Shown here in pieces: positions 58,709-64,000 of a stretch of DNA of 64,000 bases. The stretch lies in IMG/VR virus record IMGVR_UViG_3300008267_000012; one strand, written 5' to 3'. The translations under genes were made by a program, and so were the position numbers. Within the stretch, counting starts at the first letter, position 1; each line of letters begins with the position of its first letter. Below the pieces are notes generated by a model, which was not told the origin of the DNA, did no database searches, and worked only from the letters and a program-made list of their open reading frames with translations. Source of the stretch: a virus (Duplodnaviria; Caudoviricetes).

Positions 58709-60046
58709 TTATTTTAAAAATTCAGGTAAATATCCAAGTTTATTTATTATTTCTTCTTCGTTAAATCTAATATTGATTTTTGTTTCGGGATGAACGCATT
58801 TACCAACCTGATTTTCTCCGTAGATTTGAATAATTCCATTCTTATCTGTTAAATCAAGTTCATATCTTTCACCATGCGATTTAAAGTTATCAAGTACAAT
58901 CTTTTTAACTTTCCAATCATAGAATTGATTCTCCACATCTTTTTCAATCAATGATGTTATTTCATTATCAAGTGATAAAACATCCTTTATAAAGTCTTCT
59001 TGATGGTTTTTAGCTTTCAAAAAGTTTATAAACTCCTGTCTTACACTATCATCATTGTTTAAATCAATTGTTTCATCAAATTCTTTAATCTTTAAAGATT
59101 TATTTAGAATCTTAGATTTATCAAATTTAATAGTGGCGAATTCGCCATATTTAGATTCTAAATGTTTCTTAATCTTTTGTTTATTTTCAACATTAAATGT
59201 TGAATATTGGTCCATCCAATGAATCTTAATATGATTATGTTTTCCAACATTTTTAAGTTCAATATCTAGATTTTGATAATCATAATCTTCATTGATATAG
59301 ATATTAAAGTATTTATAATCTGAGATTATTTCTTTCTTTTCAAAAGTTTTTGCTTCAATATCCCATAAAAGATAACCATGAAAAGCATTATCACCTTCAC
59401 CGTAATTGGTACAATATAATGACGATGGGTAAGCAAAAAACTCTCTTCCATTTTTTTGATATGATTGTTGGAGATGTATATCTCCTGCCATTACAATATC
59501 ACCTTTAAAATCAGCAAGAGAAACAATATTACTATCGGTATGGTATTGTCCATTTTGTAGATAACATCCATTAATTGGGTCATGGAAAAGGTCAATATAA
59601 TACTTATTATTATTGCGCTTTTCTTCATTGAATTCAAGCCAAGGGGATTTTCTATCAGGGTGATACCAAACAGCGAAAACAATATTATCAAGTTCAAAAA
59701 AACCTGTTGAATCATAGTAGTGTATATTAGGATTGTTAATAATCTCAACAAGCATCTTGATTGATGACATTCTGTTGAGATTTGATTTCATTATATCGTG
59801 ATTACCATCAATAATAACCACAGGTGCTATCATAGCACAAGAAGTCAAAAAATCTCCTGCAAGGACATTGATTTCATTAAAAGGTTTTACATAGTTGTGG
59901 AATAGGTCACCTACAATTACAATCAAATCAGGTCTGTCCTTGATTAGGGATTTAATTGTAAGACTTGAGATATGTTTTTGCTCTGCTAATCTGTCCAAAT
60001 TATTTTGGAAGTGGATATCAGCAAGATGAGCTATTTTCTGAATCAT
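58709..60046 (-). CDS. sbcD: Mre11/SbcD nuclease fused to the Rad50 N-terminal lobe, ending in a split-intein N-fragment
   Basis: HLADIH, VGDLFH, GNHD, DLFHD, GDIH metallophosphoesterase motifs, then KIVLDNFKSH...IYGENQVGK|CVHPETKI. Confidence 0.92.
   Translation of the reverse strand: MIQKIAHLADIHFQNNLDRLAEQKHISSLTIKSLIKDRPDLIVIVGDLFHNYVKPFNEINVLAGDFLTSCAMIAPVVIIDGNHDIMKSNLNRMSSIKMLVEIINNPNIHYYDSTGFFELDNIVFAVWYHPDRKSPWLEFNEEKRNNNKYYIDLFHDPINGCYLQNGQYHTDSNIVSLADFKGDIVMAGDIHLQQSYQKNGREFFAYPSSLYCTNYGEGDNAFHGYLLWDIEAKTFEKKEIISDYKYFNIYINEDYDYQNLDIELKNVGKHNHIKIHWMDQYSTFNVENKQKIKKHLESKYGEFATIKFDKSKILNKSLKIKEFDETIDLNNDDSVRQEFINFLKAKNHQEDFIKDVLSLDNEITSLIEKDVENQFYDWKVKKIVLDNFKSHGERYELDLTDKNGIIQIYGENQVGKCVHPETKINIRFNEEEIINKLGYLPEFLK
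58712..58798 (-). mobile_element. Intein N-fragment (29 aa)
   Basis: CVHPETKINIRFNEEEIINKLGYLPEFLK directly after Walker A GK, then stop. Confidence 0.88.
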
Positions 60047-60050
60047 AATA

Positions 60051-60058
60051 CAAATATA
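60051..60058 (-). promoter_or_regulatory. TAnnTTTG -7 element driving the Mre11-IntN gene
   Basis: TATATTTG 4 nt upstream of ATG 60046. Confidence 0.55.
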
Positions 60059-60063
60059 TGATT

Positions 60064-60960
60064 TTATGGGTTCATATTATCATAAATTTTATTAATTTTA
60101 TTTTCCAATAACTCAAATTTAGAACCTACTTCAATTGGTTCATCCCATTTGTTATGCCAATGCCATGTAAAAGCACCATCAAAAAAATCTACATAACCAA
60201 TATTCTTAAATGCATAATCTAGTGTTGTATTTTCAAAACCCCATTCAGAATTAAACCAAACTCCTGGTAATACAAATAAATCATTTTTATTGATATTGGA
60301 GTATAATCTATTACCCCAAGAAGTTGTATTTTTATTTGGTGGTATTTTTTTAAGTATTTCTAAAAATTCTAATGATAAACTAGATTCTTTTTCTAATCTC
60401 ATTACTGCACCATTCATAGTAATATTAGGTTCAAAGTCACTAAATCCTGATGTTCCCCATTGATAAAGGAATTCTAAATTATTCAATGGTCTCATATTTC
60501 TTAATACTAAAACATCCATATCAATGTAAAAACCACCGTATTTATAAAGTATTAAAAGTCTAAAAACATCACCCTCTAAATAACATAAATCATCATATAT
60601 ATTTTCATTTTTTAGATAAATACAATCTTCTAAAATTGTATCTTTTATTTCATCATATAAATTCCAATTTTTTAAATTTACATATTTTGAAACTTCTTTA
60701 AAAAATATATTTTCACTTAAATCAACATTTGACCATAAATTAATTTCTAAATTTTCTAGTTCATTAGAATGTGATGTTATAATTGATTTTAAAACAGCTA
60801 ATTGTTTTCTACCAAATTCTCTAGGTACTCTCCAAAAACAATGAAAAACTAGTTTATTTTTATTGTCATTATTTATATTTTTAGCATACTCTAAAGATTT
60901 TAAATAACTAACCTTATCGGGCTTATATAAATTTATATTATTATCTATTAGTTTTAACAT
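60064..60960 (-). CDS. GT32-like DxD glycosyltransferase
   Basis: DVFRLLILYKYGGFYIDMD; ATG 60960 preferred over GTG 60996. Confidence 0.85.
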   Translation of the reverse strand: MLKLIDNNINLYKPDKVSYLKSLEYAKNINNDNKNKLVFHCFWRVPREFGRKQLAVLKSIITSHSNELENLEINLWSNVDLSENIFFKEVSKYVNLKNWNLYDEIKDTILEDCIYLKNENIYDDLCYLEGDVFRLLILYKYGGFYIDMDVLVLRNMRPLNNLEFLYQWGTSGFSDFEPNITMNGAVMRLEKESSLSLEFLEILKKIPPNKNTTSWGNRLYSNINKNDLFVLPGVWFNSEWGFENTTLDYAFKNIGYVDFFDGAFTWHWHNKWDEPIEVGSKFELLENKINKIYDNMNP

Positions 60961-61717
60961 TTTTAATTTTATTAATAATTTCTTTAGTATAAACACTATC
61001 TTTTATTTGATGACTATGGAATGTATAAATTTTTACAGGGATATTATAATTTATATATTTATCATTTATTTCATCATCTGTTAGTTTATTACTTATATAT
61101 GCATCAATTGTTTCAGAAAATCCATTAGGTAAATAGTTATATCCTATATCATAATCAACTTTATATTTAGTTAATAAACAATTAATAATCATTTCATCAT
61201 TTCCCAAAATATAATCTCTTTTATTCATTTCATCAAATACCTCTTTAAAAAACCATTTATTTTTATTACTAAAAAGATAAGATGCATAAACATAACTCAT
61301 TCTAGGTAATTCAGATGTAAAAATATTTACATGCTGCATCATAACATCTCTTGCTGATTCAAAAGCATTATGTGGATGCTTTGAAAATAAAGGAAAATCT
61401 GAATTTATAATTTTATCTAAATTTTCTTCAAAAATATTATCTATTTTTTCTGTTACAATCATATCCGTATCAAGTATTAACCCAATATCATAATCACAAT
61501 CAATAGTTGAAAATATTTTTTGTTTACATATTTCATAATATGATTCATTATTTATTTGAATTGGTTTTATCTTTACTCTATCATTATTTGATTTATATAT
61601 GAAATTTATACTGTAAACAGTAATGTCATATTTAGAAAATTCTAAAACGGATTCAACTAAATTATCTAATATTGATACCCAATTTGATGTACAAAATGTT
61701 ACAAAACCTTTTTTCAT
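60941..61717 (-). CDS. GT-A fold glycosyltransferase
   Basis: GFVTF...CKQK...LILDTDMIV...GNDE. Confidence 0.7.
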   Translation of the reverse strand: MKKGFVTFCTSNWVSILDNLVESVLEFSKYDITVYSINFIYKSNNDRVKIKPIQINNESYYEICKQKIFSTIDCDYDIGLILDTDMIVTEKIDNIFEENLDKIINSDFPLFSKHPHNAFESARDVMMQHVNIFTSELPRMSYVYASYLFSNKNKWFFKEVFDEMNKRDYILGNDEMIINCLLTKYKVDYDIGYNYLPNGFSETIDAYISNKLTDDEINDKYINYNIPVKIYTFHSHQIKDSVYTKEIINKIKNVKTNR

Positions 61718-62310
61718 TTATATTTTTTAAATATCATTAACGTATTTTTAACATGGCTACCATTTGGTATATATGTAACATTACCAAATTCATCATATTT
61801 ATATACAGGTAAAGTTTCTCTCAATTCTAATGATTCTTTTTCTAGAAACTTAAAACCAATTTTATCAAAAGCATTAATCCAATAATCAGCATTTTGACAA
61901 TTAACATGATGATATCCAGGTTGCCCAGGAACTGCATGTGTCATTGCAACAATATTACAATATTCAAATGTTTTCATGAAATTAGGCATATATTGTTCCT
62001 CAACATGTTCAACAAATTCACAACACCAAGCTAAATCATAATTTTTTTCAGGTATAAATTCCATTTCAACATAATCATGTATTTTGATGAAGTTTTTTAC
62101 AGATGAAGCTTCAATTGCTGGTAAATAACCTTCCACACCAATACCTTCTATATTTTTATCAAGAAAATATTTTAATGAATGTCCTGCTCCACACCCTACA
62201 TCAATAAATGTTTTAGGATTGTACCATTCAATTAATTTATCCCAAACTTGAGGTGACCAAGTACCAATATCATTTTCAATGATGCAACCGCCTAGATAAT
62301 TTTTTTCCAT
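61714..62310 (-). CDS. Class I SAM-dependent methyltransferase
   Basis: FIDVGCGAG; YDLAWCCEFVEHV. Confidence 0.85.
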   Translation of the reverse strand: MEKNYLGGCIIENDIGTWSPQVWDKLIEWYNPKTFIDVGCGAGHSLKYFLDKNIEGIGVEGYLPAIEASSVKNFIKIHDYVEMEFIPEKNYDLAWCCEFVEHVEEQYMPNFMKTFEYCNIVAMTHAVPGQPGYHHVNCQNADYWINAFDKIGFKFLEKESLELRETLPVYKYDEFGNVTYIPNGSHVKNTLMIFKKYK

Positions 62311-62336
62311 ATTTTTTTGTTTGACTAGTAATATTA

Positions 62337-63110
62337 TTATAATACGATTTTTTCTTTAATAAAGTTTGTCCAATATGAAATTTTTAATTTATCCATATTC
62401 CAATCTTTATTTATAATTTCTATATATTTTTTATTTAAAAATTCTTCATTTATTTCACTCCAATCATTAATAAAAAGAATTGGTAAATCAATAAATAATT
62501 CATACGCTCTATGGTATTTAACAATTGGTATACTACCCATATATAATGTTTCCCATAACCTATGTGTATCTATTCCATTTCCTCTTGGACAAATTACAAA
62601 TTTTGATGATTTTATTTCTTGTAGAAACTTTTTACGACCATCAATCGTATTATTAATATTTCCAACACATACCCATTCAATATTATTAAACATATCAAAA
62701 ATATATTTTCTTTTATAAAATGTATTAACATTAAAATTCATGTATAATAATATTTTTTTGTCTATTTTCTGATTCATAATATCAATCATTATATCCCTAT
62801 TTCCATATATTTTATGTAAATCAGAATCATCACAATAATTTGTTATACCAAGTGGTAGACCAAAAACATTTACAGAATCAGTATCTTTATTTATGCAAAA
62901 TATTTTTTTAAATTTATTTGCTATATTATCATCAATTGGATAATCTGAATGACCAATAAAACAAATATCATCAATTTTTTTTGGATGTACATGTCCTCTC
63001 CAATAAAACTGCCCAATGTGAAAATAATCAGTCTTAATATAACAAATATTATTTTCATTACAAAATGAAAGATAATTATCTGTAGAAATTATATCATCAA
63101 TGCATATCAT
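62337..63110 (-). CDS. Exostosin/GT47-like glycosyltransferase
   Basis: SKFVICPRGNGIDTHRLWETLYMGSIPIV. Confidence 0.82.
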   Translation of the reverse strand: MICIDDIISTDNYLSFCNENNICYIKTDYFHIGQFYWRGHVHPKKIDDICFIGHSDYPIDDNIANKFKKIFCINKDTDSVNVFGLPLGITNYCDDSDLHKIYGNRDIMIDIMNQKIDKKILLYMNFNVNTFYKRKYIFDMFNNIEWVCVGNINNTIDGRKKFLQEIKSSKFVICPRGNGIDTHRLWETLYMGSIPIVKYHRAYELFIDLPILFINDWSEINEEFLNKKYIEIINKDWNMDKLKISYWTNFIKEKIVL

Positions 63111-64000
63111 TAATTAATTGTTTAAAATATTCAATTGATGTCAATTTAGTGTTTTTTCTATTTCCTATTATAAATGGTTCAATTTCATTTAATTCATTTG
63201 GGCATGATAATATAAAACCATCATATTGAAATGTTTCATTATCATAATCACATGAACAAAGTATTTTATATTTATTTTCCTTTAGAAAATTAATACAGTT
63301 ATTATGTAATTCATTACTGTGTGTTGATAAAAATATATATTTTATTTTTTTATTTATTAAAAGTTCTTTTATTTGATTTAACATTTCAAATTCATATCCT
63401 TGTATATCAGAATGTAATATATCTATATATTTTATATCCTTTTGTGTAACAAAATTTAAAAGATTGATACCATTAAACCCTATAAATCCTTGACTAAAAT
63501 CACCTTCCACATTATTTAATTTAAAATTTTCAATACCTGCGGATAAACATTTTTCATCAGAATCTATACAATATGTTTTCCCATTTATTATATTCTTTAA
63601 AAACCATATTGAATAAAAAGCCCAATAACTACCAAGTTCAATCATAATACCATCTTCTTTTATATTTTGTATAACTTTACTAAATGCTCTTTCTTCCGAT
63701 GGTTCATGTACTCCTTTATTTAAAATTAATATATCACTAAAATCATTATAATAACATTTATTATAAACTTTTATATTATTATGTAATGTAATTATATTAT
63801 TATCTAGATTGCCTGAAAATTCTGACCTTTTAATAAATAAATTATTTGGGTCGGAAATAACATCTCTAAACCTATCTATAAATGTTTCTCCTTTTATATT
63901 TTCTGTATCAGTCTCTAAAATTTTAAAAATTTCATCATTAAAATACTCATCACCAAATGATTTTTCATCATTTATAATTCCATTATTATTTAATAATATT
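63097..64000 (-). CDS. FkbM-like methyltransferase, 5' end outside the window
   Basis: Frame stays open from 63645 to the window edge (...RFRDVISDPNN...NKGVHEPSEE...MIELGSYWAFYS...DILHSDIQGYE); the ORF track start is internal. Confidence 0.8.
   Translation of the reverse strand, partial: ILLNNNGIINDEKSFGDEYFNDEIFKILETDTENIKGETFIDRFRDVISDPNNLFIKRSEFSGNLDNNIITLHNNIKVYNKCYYNDFSDILILNKGVHEPSEERAFSKVIQNIKEDGIMIELGSYWAFYSIWFLKNIINGKTYCIDSDEKCLSAGIENFKLNNVEGDFSQGFIGFNGINLLNFVTQKDIKYIDILHSDIQGYEFEMLNQIKELLINKKIKYIFLSTHSNELHNNCINFLKENKYKILCSCDYDNETFQYDGFILSCPNELNEIEPFIIGNRKNTKLTSIEYFKQLINDMH

Noticed and set aside
51208-60046. Frameshift, group I intron or pseudogene explanation for the broken sbcC
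   Set aside because: Both halves are long intact ORFs with exact intein boundary residues (Cys1; His-Asn/Ser), and the gap contains normal genes on both strands
1-64000. Stop-codon reassignment, as in some jumbo phages
   Set aside because: Standard-code ORFs tile the window densely and genes up to 2491 aa are uninterrupted
1-64000. CRISPR array, tRNA or rRNA genes
   Set aside because: Intergenic gaps are mostly under 100 nt, and no spaced direct repeats or cloverleaf-like GC-rich segments were seen; tRNAscan-SE would confirm

Overview
This is a very AT-rich, densely coding window with most genes on the minus strand. It looks like part of a large (jumbo) T4-like myophage genome. A Bacteroidota host is inferred from TAnnTTTG promoters, A-rich leaders without Shine-Dalgarno sites and Gln-rule signal peptides. 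From left to right it holds: an HNH nuclease and a GH24 endolysin; five tandem genes for signal-peptide proteins sharing an unrecognised 4-Cys C-terminal domain, including an intact M12B-type metalloprotease and a 2491-aa catalytically degenerate paralogue; small nucleic-acid proteins (T5orf172, SNF2 helicase, WYL-like, Nudix); a gp15-like tail gene; a ~25 kb fibre/baseplate region; a gp55-like sigma factor; and two glycosyltransferase/methyltransferase clusters. The two strongest observations are (1) an Mre11-Rad50 (SbcD-SbcC) fusion broken inside its Walker A motif by an atypical naturally split intein (29-aa IntN, ~129-aa IntC) whose halves lie ~4.9 kb and seven genes apart, and (2) the five-member secreted family. 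A 2149-aa protein also appears to consist of nine carbohydrate-binding-like domains nested inside one another. All assignments come from motif recognition by eye; no searches were run. No tRNA, rRNA or CRISPR array was seen.
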